Below, one piece after another: positions 9,719 through 18,555 of a stretch of 64,000 bases of DNA. Both the position numbers and the translations under genes were made by a program. The stretch's first letter is position 1. Every line of letters begins with the position of its first letter. Source of the DNA: a bacterium (GTDB taxonomy: Bacteria; Electryoneota; RPQS01); contig JAHDVH010000002.1 in the NCBI GenBank assembly GCA_023382385.1, positions 136,219 through 200,218 of the forward strand, given 5' to 3'. Under the pieces are notes generated by a model. That model saw nothing but the letters and a program-made list of their open reading frames with translations. It ran no database searches and was not told where the DNA came from.

Positions 9719-12253
9719 ATGCAACGTTGGTTATACTGGGGTCTCTTAAGTTTGCTGATTGCCATGACTGCGCAGGCCGCGCCGAACGTCGTGCCGGGGC
9801 AGGCGTTGGTCCGTTTTACTGAACCGACTTCCCTTGAAAATGCGAAACAACAGTTCAATCCGAATGAGTTTGAGATTGATCGCGTGCTTGTACAGAAGTT
9901 GGATATATACTTGGTGAAGTTTGACGAAAAGCTCGAGGTCGAGCTTGCTGTCGAAATGCTTCGCGGCTATCCTCAGGTCTTGTGGGCGCAAGCTGATCAC
10001 GTTTTGGAGCAACGTGCCGTCCCAAATGATCCGCAGTTCGGGAGCCAGTGGGATATGAGTCAAGCTTCAGATGCGGACATCGATGCGCCGGAAGCGTGGG
10101 ATATCACAACCGGCGGAACGGACATCCTGGGCAACCAGATTGTCGTGGCTGTCGTAGATGGCGGCTGCCTGACAACACATGCAGACCTGGCCACGAACAT
10201 CTGGCAGAATCTGGCAGAAGTGAATGGTGTGAACGGCGTGGATGACGACGGCAACGGCTACGTCGATGACAAGTATGGCTGGGATGCCTTTGCCAACGAT
10301 GGAACTATTCCCACAGACAATCACGGCACACACGTATCCGGGACGGTCGGAGCCAAAGGGAATAACGGTTCCATGGTTACCGGCGTCAACTGGAATGTCA
10401 AAATCATGCAGGTCGCAGCCGCCAGCAGTACGACGTCAATCATTTCGATAGGCTACGGCTACGTGCTGAATCAGAAGACGTTGTGGCTGAACTCAGGCGG
10501 CACACAGGGGGCAAACGTTGTTTCGACAAATTCGAGCTTTGGAGTTGACTTGGCGAACTGTCAGTCCGGCAGCTATCCTGTGTGGAACGATCTGTACAAT
10601 GCCATGGGGGAGGTCGGGATTCTCTCGGCTGCGGCGACGGCGAATGCCAACTACAATGTGGATGTGCAGGGTGACGTCCCGACGAGCTGCTCGAGTCCGT
10701 ACATTATCTCGGTAACAAATACGACAAGCACGGATGCAAAGAATTCCGGTGCTGCATACGGGGCAACGACGATTGATCTTGGAGCACCCGGCACGAACAT
10801 TCTCAGCACAACTTCTAACGGCAGCACTGGCAATCTGACCGGCACGTCGATGGCAACGCCTCACGTCGCGGGCGCGGTCGCGCTCATGCATGCGGCGGCC
10901 AGCGCGGGTTTTGCGAACTACTACATGCTTTATCCGGACTCTGCCGCACTGGCACTAAAACAAATGCTGTTAGACGGCACAGATCCGATTGCTGCCTTGC
11001 AAGGAATCACGGTGACAGGCGGCCGATTGAATCTGTTCAACGCCTGTCAGGCCATCAGTCAGTTTGTCGGATTAAACCCTCAAGAGCCGTTCATAACGTT
11101 GACCGGTGCCACGCAAAGTGACGCGATGACTGGAGACAACGACGGTAATTGGGAGCGTGGAGAAAGTGTGGCGATAGTGGTCACGCTTCTGAATATCGGT
11201 GAAGATGCACTGAATGTTACAGCGACTCTTTCGTCAGCCAGTCCGCATGTCACCATTCTTGACGGGCAAGCGTCATTAGGCAACATTCTGAACGGTGGAA
11301 CAGGCGACAACGGGGCGGATTTCTTCATCGTACAACTTGCCGTGAACGCTCCGCTCGAAGTGCAGATCGAGTTTACGGTAACCGTGGCAGCCGACAGTGG
11401 ATACACAAGAGAGTTGGCATTCTCGTTGGATGCCGCTCCGAAGGAGCAGTACTACCTTGAGACTTTCGAATCCGGCGCGGCCGGTTGGACACATCAAGCA
11501 GTCTCAGGAACGATTGACCAGTGGCATTTGTCGACTGAACAGGCAAACTCTCCTACCACCGCTTGGAAATGCGGAGACACAGGAACCGGTAATTATGCGA
11601 ACGCGCAGGACGCCGGTTTGGTTTCGCCGCCGCTGCTAATCAGCGCAGAGAGTGAGTTACGTTTTTGGCATTCCATGATCAGCGAACTCTCCGGCTTCTA
11701 TCCGGACTCTGCATATGACGGAGGAATTGTCGAAATTTCGGTCAATGGTGGGGCATTCACACAGATTGTTCCATCCGGCAACTATCCCAAGACCTATCGC
11801 ACGACTTCCGGTGGCGGGAGTCCATTTACCGGTCCGCTACCCGGAGTTGCATGCTTTGCCGGAACCATTAACGGAACTGAGTCCGTATTTGATCTCGCGG
11901 CCTATGCAGATGAGACCGTGCAGTTCAGATTCAGGTTTTCGAGCGACGCCAGCGGGAATCGCGAGGGATGGTATGTCGATGACATCCGGTTGTTCGGCGC
12001 GCCATTGGTTCTTGGCACTCCGGAACCGCCGGATGCTCTTGTGATTCTGAGCGAAGGGAGCGATGTCACTTTGCATTGGGCACCTTCATCCACAATCGGG
12101 GTGGTCTATACTATCTATATGAGCACAGATCCTGAAGTGGATCCGATCAACAATACGATTATCGCGCAAACAAGCGATACAACCTTCACGCACGTCGGCA
12201 TATTGGACTCTGAAGATTTCGTGACCTATCAGGTCGTCGCGACACATCCGTAA
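9719..12253 (+). CDS. secreted subtilisin-like serine peptidase (S8) with I9 propeptide and a C-terminal MAM/'choice-of-anchor J'-like domain
   Basis: Signal peptide 'MQRWLYWGLLSLLIAMTAQA'. Catalytic triad context 'VAVVDGG', 'DNHGTHVSGTV', 'GTSMATPHVAGAVAL'. No T9SS CTD. Confidence 0.9.
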   Translation: MQRWLYWGLLSLLIAMTAQAAPNVVPGQALVRFTEPTSLENAKQQFNPNEFEIDRVLVQKLDIYLVKFDEKLEVELAVEMLRGYPQVLWAQADHVLEQRAVPNDPQFGSQWDMSQASDADIDAPEAWDITTGGTDILGNQIVVAVVDGGCLTTHADLATNIWQNLAEVNGVNGVDDDGNGYVDDKYGWDAFANDGTIPTDNHGTHVSGTVGAKGNNGSMVTGVNWNVKIMQVAAASSTTSIISIGYGYVLNQKTLWLNSGGTQGANVVSTNSSFGVDLANCQSGSYPVWNDLYNAMGEVGILSAAATANANYNVDVQGDVPTSCSSPYIISVTNTTSTDAKNSGAAYGATTIDLGAPGTNILSTTSNGSTGNLTGTSMATPHVAGAVALMHAAASAGFANYYMLYPDSAALALKQMLLDGTDPIAALQGITVTGGRLNLFNACQAISQFVGLNPQEPFITLTGATQSDAMTGDNDGNWERGESVAIVVTLLNIGEDALNVTATLSSASPHVTILDGQASLGNILNGGTGDNGADFFIVQLAVNAPLEVQIEFTVTVAADSGYTRELAFSLDAAPKEQYYLETFESGAAGWTHQAVSGTIDQWHLSTEQANSPTTAWKCGDTGTGNYANAQDAGLVSPPLLISAESELRFWHSMISELSGFYPDSAYDGGIVEISVNGGAFTQIVPSGNYPKTYRTTSGGGSPFTGPLPGVACFAGTINGTESVFDLAAYADETVQFRFRFSSDASGNREGWYVDDIRLFGAPLVLGTPEPPDALVILSEGSDVTLHWAPSSTIGVVYTIYMSTDPEVDPINNTIIAQTSDTTFTHVGILDSEDFVTYQVVATHP

Positions 12254-12278
12254 ACTGGTTGTTTCTCGCAATAATTGT

Positions 12279-12316
12279 CAAGCCCCGATGTGTGTGCATC
12301 GGGGCTTGCCTTTTCA
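12279..12316. terminator. bidirectional intrinsic terminator
   Basis: 12-bp stem caagccccgatg/catcggggcttg with loop tgtgtg, then ccttttc; lies between convergent genes. Confidence 0.7.
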
Positions 12317-12341
12317 CGAGGAGTGTAGTGAAAGAGGTGCT

Positions 12342-13784
12342 TTAGTATCTTGGGAGTGAAGGGTCAATTTGTTCTGCCCACGCGCGGATACCACCTTCAA
12401 GGTTGTAGACCCGTTCAAATCCCGCCGCGCGCAACTGATGCCACGCGCGGGCGCTGCGCACACCGGTGTGACAGGATATAACAATTTCACGCTCTTTAAA
12501 CGGATAAAGTTCCGCTAATCTGAAGTCCAGTTCCGCCAGTGGAATATGCAAGTCTTCATCCAGTCGAGAAATCGCAAGCTCTTCATTATTGCGCACATCG
12601 AGCACCAGCGGTCGCGAGCCGTTTCCCGTCTGACGGCGCGCCTGCAGCTCATGCACCGTCATTTCGCGCACTTGCGTCAGCGCCTGTTCCTCATTGCGCA
12701 GTCCGCAGAACTGCACATAGTCAACAGGTTTCGTAATCGTCTGGTGCTTGCCGCACAACGGGCAATCCGGATCGCGCTTGAGTTCGAACTTTCGAAACGA
12801 CAGGTCAAGAGCATCGAAACGCAGCAGTGATCCTACGAGCGTAGTGCCGATTCCGAGCAGCAGTTTCAGCGCCTCATTTGCTTGAATGGAACCCACTATT
12901 CCCGGGAGCACGCCCAAAACTCCGCCTTCCGCGCAGGAAGGGACGAGCCCTACGGGCGGCGGTTCGGGGTAGAGGCACCGGTAGCAGGGACCATCGGCAT
13001 CGCAGAAGACGGAGATCTGCCCTTCGAACCGGTAGATACTCGCATAGACATTTCGTTTCTTGAGCAAGTAGCTCACGTCATTGACCAGATAACGCGTCGG
13101 AAAGTTGTCCGTGCCGTCGAGAAGCAAGTCGTAGGAAGCGGCTATGTCCATTGCGTTTTCCGACGTGAAGAATACGTCGTGCGTTTCGACATTCACATAC
13201 GGATTCAAATTGCTGATGAACGCCCGCGCGCTTTCAAGTTTGGACACGCCGACGGTACGACGTCCGTGGATGATTTGCCGCTGCAGGTTTGTTTCGTCCA
13301 CGACGTCCGCATCGACAATTCCAATTCTCCCGACACCTGCAGCGGCAAGATAGGCCAGTAAGGGCGAACCCAAGCCGCCGGCACCCACAACCAGCACGGA
13401 GGAACGTTTCAGCTTCAACTGACCGTCCACTCCCACTTCGGGCAAGAGCAGATGGCGGGAATATCGGCGGTACTCTTGAGTCGTCAGTCCATGCCCGTTC
13501 GACTGGGAGCCGCCCGCGATGGACGGAACTATTGTCAATTCTGCTCCTTTGACAAGTGCTGTCTCGTGCTTGTCCGGCAAGTGGCGAACATCCTGCTGCC
13601 CTAAATAGATGTTGACGAAACTCCGCAGCTTGCCGTCGCCGTCATACAGGTGTTTCTGTAACGCGGGGAATGCCGCGGTCAGGTTTAGCAAGGCTTCATT
13701 GACTGTGGCGGCATCCAGCTCTACGGAGGATTGGTCGCCGGTGAAACGGCGCAAGACGGTCGGTATTTGTATTGTGACGTTCAT
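12342..13784 (-). CDS. moeZ: fusion protein: N-terminal CysO/MoaD/ThiS-like sulfur-carrier (beta-grasp, internal Gly-Gly) + MoeZ/MoeB/ThiF E1-like adenylyltransferase + C-terminal rhodanese
   Basis: Residues 1-92 end in '...ELTIVPSIAGG', the MoaD/CysO C-terminal GG. The E1 domain has a nucleotide-binding 'VLVVGAGGLGSPLLAYLAAAGVG' and Zn cysteines 'CYRC...CPLCG'. The rhodanese domain has 'CHTGVRS' as its active Cys. Confidence 0.85.
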   Translation of the reverse strand: MNVTIQIPTVLRRFTGDQSSVELDAATVNEALLNLTAAFPALQKHLYDGDGKLRSFVNIYLGQQDVRHLPDKHETALVKGAELTIVPSIAGGSQSNGHGLTTQEYRRYSRHLLLPEVGVDGQLKLKRSSVLVVGAGGLGSPLLAYLAAAGVGRIGIVDADVVDETNLQRQIIHGRRTVGVSKLESARAFISNLNPYVNVETHDVFFTSENAMDIAASYDLLLDGTDNFPTRYLVNDVSYLLKKRNVYASIYRFEGQISVFCDADGPCYRCLYPEPPPVGLVPSCAEGGVLGVLPGIVGSIQANEALKLLLGIGTTLVGSLLRFDALDLSFRKFELKRDPDCPLCGKHQTITKPVDYVQFCGLRNEEQALTQVREMTVHELQARRQTGNGSRPLVLDVRNNEELAISRLDEDLHIPLAELDFRLAELYPFKEREIVISCHTGVRSARAWHQLRAAGFERVYNLEGGIRAWAEQIDPSLPRY

Positions 13785-14233
13785 CAGACGGCTACTCGCT
13801 TGTGAATGATTACCTTTTCTTCGTGATAGCTCGCGCGGTCGTCGGACAACTGGTAACTGCGCAGTTCCGCAGGCAAGGTATTGCGCACCGAAATAATGAC
13901 ATAGCTGTAATAGGGGAGCGCATGCTCTCGGTCATAGTCGGATGGTATCGCCGGATGATCGGGATGACTGTGATAGAAACCGAGCAGGTTCAGATCGACT
14001 TGCAGTGCATGACTCTCGGCATTCTGAAAGTCCTCCGGCGTAATCAAGAACCTGCGTTCCTTGTTGTCTGCGCGGCGGTTGTCGATTGGGTGCACTTCGT
14101 GAATCGTGCGCTCACTTCCGACTTCATGTCCGAACAGAAAGCCGCAGCACTCCTCGGGATAGGTGCGGGCCGCATGCTCTTCGATAGCCCTCCATTGCCG
14201 GTCGTGAAGATGGAGAATCCTGCGGCTGCTCAT
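13784..14233 (-). CDS. mec: Mec+/JAMM (MPN) family metalloprotease
   Basis: JAMM motif 'E..CGFLFG' ... 'YHSHPDHPAIPSDYD' (HxHx7Sx2D). Start ATG 14233 overlaps the cysM stop (ATGA); its own stop overlaps the moeZ-fusion start (ATGA). Confidence 0.8.
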   Translation of the reverse strand: MSSRRILHLHDRQWRAIEEHAARTYPEECCGFLFGHEVGSERTIHEVHPIDNRRADNKERRFLITPEDFQNAESHALQVDLNLLGFYHSHPDHPAIPSDYDREHALPYYSYVIISVRNTLPAELRSYQLSDDRASYHEEKVIIHKRVAV

Positions 14234-15195
14234 GCCTTGCCCTCCCAAAGAGGTGTGGACAGGTATTTCTCAGCACCGTCCGGGAAGATTGTTACGACAA
14301 TGCCTGAGTCCAGTGTAGCTGCAAGTTGCAAGGCTGCGGCACATGCCGCTCCGCTCGAAGTGCCGACCAGCAGCCCTTCTTCGGCGGCCAATCGCCTGCA
14401 GCACGTATACGCATCTTCGGTCGTGACTTCGAGTTCGATATCGGCAAGCGAGCCATCGTAGATTTCGGGGATATGCACGGAGGGGAGGTGCTTCAGTCCC
14501 TCCAGTCCATGTAATGGAGAGTCAGGTTGGAAGCTTGCGATCGTTACACGAGGGTTGCGTGCCTTCAGGTAGCGGCTGACTCCGGTGAACGTACCGGTGG
14601 TCCCCAGTCCAGACACAAAGTGCGTGATACTCCCATCGGTCTGCCGCCAGATTTCGGGGCCGGTCGAAGTGAGGTGTGCATTGACATTGGCCGGGTTCGC
14701 GTATTGATTCAGGTAACAATACTGTTCGGGGTAGCGTTGCGAGAGTTCACGCGCGACGACCTGCGCGCCGTCCGTTGATAGCAGCGGATCCGTGAAGATC
14801 AACTCGGCTCCATACGCGAGCAGCATTTGCTTTCGCTCGCGACTTGCGTTATCCGGCAGGCATAACGTCACCCCGATGCCCAGCGCTGCTCCGAGCATTG
14901 CCAGCGCGATTCCCGTGTTGCCACTGGTCGCTTCCAGAATGCGGGTTCGTTCGCTGATTCGACCGTCGCGCATTGCCGCAGACAGCATCGCCCAAGCGGC
15001 GCGGTCTTTGACTGATCCTCCCGGGTTCTTCCACTCCGCCTTCGCAAAAACTCGCACAGCTGGAGAAAGCCTCTCGGTCAGCGTTGTCAATTCTATCAGT
15101 GGAGTGTTTCCAATCAAGTGCACAAGCGGCGGGACACCGTGCTTTTGTCGCGCCGCGTGCGGCGCGAAAGTCATACTTGTCGCGGGGATGCTCAT
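14230..15195 (-). CDS. cysM: PLP-dependent cysteine synthase (CysM/CysK family); context suggests the thiocarboxylate-dependent CysM type
   Basis: PLP-lysine motif 'GGSVKDRAA', 'TSGNTGIALA', 'GTSSGAA'. First gene of the cysM-mec-cysO::moeZ operon. Confidence 0.9.
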   Translation of the reverse strand: MSIPATSMTFAPHAARQKHGVPPLVHLIGNTPLIELTTLTERLSPAVRVFAKAEWKNPGGSVKDRAAWAMLSAAMRDGRISERTRILEATSGNTGIALAMLGAALGIGVTLCLPDNASRERKQMLLAYGAELIFTDPLLSTDGAQVVARELSQRYPEQYCYLNQYANPANVNAHLTSTGPEIWRQTDGSITHFVSGLGTTGTFTGVSRYLKARNPRVTIASFQPDSPLHGLEGLKHLPSVHIPEIYDGSLADIELEVTTEDAYTCCRRLAAEEGLLVGTSSGAACAAALQLAATLDSGIVVTIFPDGAEKYLSTPLWEGKA

Positions 15196-15270
15196 CGTTT
15201 TGTCGTTTAGGCAGATTGCTTGTTTAGTGTTTGTTGACTTGAGGCCGATACAGGATTCCTGTCACAACAA

Positions 15271-15300
15271 AAAACCCCTGCGCATCTGCGAAGGGGTTTT
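15271..15300 (-). promoter_or_regulatory. terminator-like hairpin + U-tract inside the ~220-nt 5' leader of cysM (candidate attenuator or riboswitch expression platform)
   Basis: On the minus strand: AAAACCCCTTCGCAGATGCGCAGGGGTTTTTTG, ~75 nt upstream of the cysM ATG, with no upstream gene to terminate. Confidence 0.45.
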
Positions 15301-15513
15301 GCGATTCAGATTCGAATTTCCGCGGGTCAGTCACGGGCATAAGAAACTACACCACCTTCGCACATAGAGGGGCTGTGACAACAACACAGACAGGTGGCCA
15401 GTTTTTGGGTACGCATAAATACAAGATAACACCGCAGAGGGGGCGAAGTCAAGGCTGCACCGCGAGATTCTCAAATTTGCATTCCAGCCTCACACAATTC
15501 TAACAGAAGTTTA

Positions 15514-15549
15514 ACTCATTATATGAGTAATGCATGAGATACTTCTCAT
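15514..15549. promoter_or_regulatory. pair of palindromic sites sharing an ATGAG half-site in the porin-pst / cysM divergent promoter region
   Basis: ACTCAT-TAT-ATGAGT (perfect 15-bp palindrome) followed by ATGAG-ATACTT-CTCAT, within an AT-rich stretch ~120 bp upstream of the porin start. Confidence 0.4.
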
Positions 15550-15665
15550 CCAGAGACAGAAACTTCCTGAAAACAAGCAATTCCAGAGTTTGAGAAAGTG
15601 AGTAAATTGTGATAATTTGTGGTCATCAACTCTCTCTGACCCCTGCCACAACGCCTCCTCATAGA

Positions 15666-16727
15666 ATGTTGCGACTTACCCTCTTAACTCTTGTTTTTCT
15701 TGTGCCTCTGCTGGCCACAGCCGAGGATGAATTGCCCGCATGGCTTACAAAAACAAAGCTTTCCGGAGATTTTCGCTATCGCCACGAGGGAATCGACTTC
15801 GAAGGGGGTTCGGCAAGGTTCCGAAACCGTATTCGTTACCGCCTCGGTATCGAAACCATAGTAAATGAAAAAGTTAGAGTAGGTGCACGGTTCGCGAGCG
15901 GCACAGGCGACCCTCGTTCAACAAATCAGGACCTCGAGGACGGTTTCTCAGCAAAATCAATGAATTTGGATCGGGCATACTTTGAGTTGACACCCTCTGA
16001 CTCGTGGTGGGTCACTGCAGGCAAGTTCGGAAGCCCATTTGTTTACACCGATTTGCACTGGGATCCGGACGTAAATTTTGAGGGTGGAGCCGCCAAGTGG
16101 ATAAGTGGCGAAAACGTGAAACTCAGCGTAACCGGCGGTGCTCTATGGTTGGAACCGTACAAAGCGGAACACGGCAGTGGTATCTGGGTAGGACAGGTCT
16201 CAGCAGAAGGCAAACACGGATCGCAAGGGACATGGCTTGCAGCGGCGGGCCTTTACTCGTATGTCAATCGTGATATCTTGGCGGACTTGGGGGGATATGG
16301 GAACACTATCCTCCCAAACAATTCATTTCGTACAGATTTCGAGATTCTGGACGTTGTGCTTGGAGTAACGATGCCCGTAGGAAAGTCTAAGCTGACTGTA
16401 ACCGCCAATCCGGTGCTGAACACGGCAACATCCACGGATAATCTGGGCTGGATGGCCATGCTTAAGCTGAAAGGCAAGGTCTGGAAGCGCTCTTCATCCC
16501 TAACATATGACTATCGCCTGCTCGAGCCGGATGCGGTTTTTGGTGCGTTCACCGACAGCGATGCGGCTGGCGGAAGAACCGATCAACGCGGACACCGCAT
16601 TATGGCCGATTGGGAAATTCTGAAAGGTTTCACAGCCGGAGCAACTGCCTGCTTTAACACGCTGTCCGCTTCAGGCGATGGGGCTTGGTATCAGAGGTGG
16701 ATGGTCGACGGAGTAGTGAAGTTCTGA
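15666..16727 (+). CDS. outer-membrane beta-barrel porin, probably phosphate-selective (first gene of the pst locus)
   Basis: Signal peptide 'MLRLTLLTLVFLVPLLATA', alternating beta-strand pattern, C-terminal Phe ('VVKF'). Immediately upstream of pstS. Confidence 0.6.
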   Translation: MLRLTLLTLVFLVPLLATAEDELPAWLTKTKLSGDFRYRHEGIDFEGGSARFRNRIRYRLGIETIVNEKVRVGARFASGTGDPRSTNQDLEDGFSAKSMNLDRAYFELTPSDSWWVTAGKFGSPFVYTDLHWDPDVNFEGGAAKWISGENVKLSVTGGALWLEPYKAEHGSGIWVGQVSAEGKHGSQGTWLAAAGLYSYVNRDILADLGGYGNTILPNNSFRTDFEILDVVLGVTMPVGKSKLTVTANPVLNTATSTDNLGWMAMLKLKGKVWKRSSSLTYDYRLLEPDAVFGAFTDSDAAGGRTDQRGHRIMADWEILKGFTAGATACFNTLSASGDGAWYQRWMVDGVVKF

Positions 16728-16781
16728 GTTATGCTCACAGAACTCTAACAATCAATCGCTACTCTAACAATTCACCAAACA

Positions 16782-17660
16782 ATGGAGCAGAACATGTTTA
16801 CCTTTAGACGCAGTTTCATAGTAACGACAGGCTTAATCCTGCTTTTCGCCGTAGTCGGATGTGGCAAGAAGTCACAGGATGCCGCCTCAAAGACCTCGAT
16901 AGATATCAAGGGTTCTGACACGATGGTTAACCTGATGTCCGCGATGGCAGAGGGTTACATGAAAACACATCCGGGCAAGCAGGTTGCGGTAACGGGCGGA
17001 GGATCAGGAACCGGAATCGCGGCGCTGTTGAACGGCACGACAGATATCTGTGCATCTTCGCGCGAAATGTTGAGCAAAGAAATTGACCTTGCTAAACAGA
17101 AGGGTCTTGAACCACGCGAGTTTGTCATCGGGATGGACGGTTTAGCGGTGTTTGTTCACCCAAGTAATCCTGCTGATAGCCTGTCAATAGAGCAAATCAA
17201 GCAGATCTTCCAAGGTCAGATTACCGACTGGGCTCAAGTTGGCGGAAAGCCGGGGAGCATTGTTGTTCATTCACGCGAAAGCAATTCAGGCACGTACGTC
17301 TATTTCAAAGAGCACGTGCTAGGCAAGGGGGACTTTGCCAACTCGGCCCGTCTGATGACTTCGACGGCTGCGCTGGTGCAGGAGATTTCGACGAATACCG
17401 GTGCAATAGGTTACGGCGGAGAAGCGTATGGCCATGACAGCAAGGTAAAGATGCTGCATGTGCGTAAAGACGCCGAGTCTCCGGCAATCTTTCCGACTGA
17501 AGAGACCGTCCGTAATAAGGCGTATCCGATTGCCCGACCGCTGTTTCTATATACCAATGGCGAACCAAGCGGAGTGTTGCAGGAGTTCATCGAATTCTGT
17601 AACGGTCCGAGTGGACAGGCGATTGTGCGTGAAGTCGGCTACGTTCCACTGAAAGGATAG
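16782..17660 (+). CDS. pstS: phosphate ABC transporter substrate-binding protein PstS
   Basis: Lipobox 'VVGCG'; 'IKGSDTMVNL...VTGGGSGTGIAAL..GTTDI' matches the PstS family. Confidence 0.85.
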   Translation: MEQNMFTFRRSFIVTTGLILLFAVVGCGKKSQDAASKTSIDIKGSDTMVNLMSAMAEGYMKTHPGKQVAVTGGGSGTGIAALLNGTTDICASSREMLSKEIDLAKQKGLEPREFVIGMDGLAVFVHPSNPADSLSIEQIKQIFQGQITDWAQVGGKPGSIVVHSRESNSGTYVYFKEHVLGKGDFANSARLMTSTAALVQEISTNTGAIGYGGEAYGHDSKVKMLHVRKDAESPAIFPTEETVRNKAYPIARPLFLYTNGEPSGVLQEFIEFCNGPSGQAIVREVGYVPLKG

Positions 17661-17665
17661 CAACC

Positions 17666-18550
17666 TTGCCCGGACTGCCACGGCAGTATTGGAAAGCGCG
17701 GGCCATCCGCTACTTCTTCCAGATTTGTGCGGCGACATCTATTCTGATTGTCGTGCTCGTGTTCCTATTTCTCGGACGCGAGAGTCTGCCGTTCATCAGC
17801 AAATTCGGGATTGACGAACTCTTCAATCCGGTCTGGCAGCCCGTGTCCTTTGAAGATGAACAATTCGGGATTCTTCCACTCATCACAGGATCGCTGCTCG
17901 TCACATTCCTGGCGACGTTGTTTGCAGTTCCGTTTGGAGTTATTGCCGCAATCTATATCGCCGAGATGGCTTCCTCCGTGGAACGTGAAATCTGGAAACC
18001 TGTGATTGAGATGCTCGCGGGTATTCCGTCCGTCGTTCTCGGATTCTTCGGGCTGGTCGTCGTGGCACCGCTGGTCAAAGATGTCTTAGGTTTGGACTCC
18101 GGCCTGAATGCATTAACCGGCGCACTGCTCTTGGCCCTGATGGCGATTCCCACGATAATTACCATCTCAGAAGATGCGATACGCAACGTCCCGCAGTCTT
18201 ACAAGGAAGCCTCCTATTCACTCGGCGCATCCAAACTTCAGACTATCTGGAAGGTGACCGTGCCCGCCGCGCTTTCGGGAATCGTCGCGGCAGTCATGCT
18301 GGGAATCGGACGGGTCGTTGGCGAGACGATGGCGGTTATGATGGTTACCGGCAATGCTGCGATTCTCACACTCAGCCCGACACAGTCCGTGCGCACCATG
18401 ACGGCGACGGTGGCGGCAGAAATGGGCGAGGTGCCGTTCGGGAGCGACCACTATCACGCGCTGTTCGTAATCGGTGTCGTGCTGTTGCTGATGACGTTTT
18501 CGCTGAATATGATCGCTCAGCGCGTGCTTAAGAAATACCGGATCGGCTGA
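17666..18550 (+). CDS. pstC: phosphate ABC transporter permease PstC
   Basis: Multi-TM protein with ABC permease EAA-like loop 'EDAIRNVPQSYKEASYSLGASKLQT'. Confidence 0.9.
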   Translation: MPGLPRQYWKARAIRYFFQICAATSILIVVLVFLFLGRESLPFISKFGIDELFNPVWQPVSFEDEQFGILPLITGSLLVTFLATLFAVPFGVIAAIYIAEMASSVEREIWKPVIEMLAGIPSVVLGFFGLVVVAPLVKDVLGLDSGLNALTGALLLALMAIPTIITISEDAIRNVPQSYKEASYSLGASKLQTIWKVTVPAALSGIVAAVMLGIGRVVGETMAVMMVTGNAAILTLSPTQSVRTMTATVAAEMGEVPFGSDHYHALFVIGVVLLLMTFSLNMIAQRVLKKYRIG

Positions 18551-18555
18551 TCACC

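Noticed and set aside
8476-9858. Full 460-aa ORF as the gene
   Set aside because: Its first ~110 residues would overlap the divergent subtilase start and promoter and look non-protein-like. The internal ATG at 9522 gives a 349-aa product consistent with the family size, and that was used instead.
14792-15367. 191-aa + strand ORF
   Set aside because: Antisense to cysM, whose PLP motifs are clear; a typical GC-rich shadow frame.
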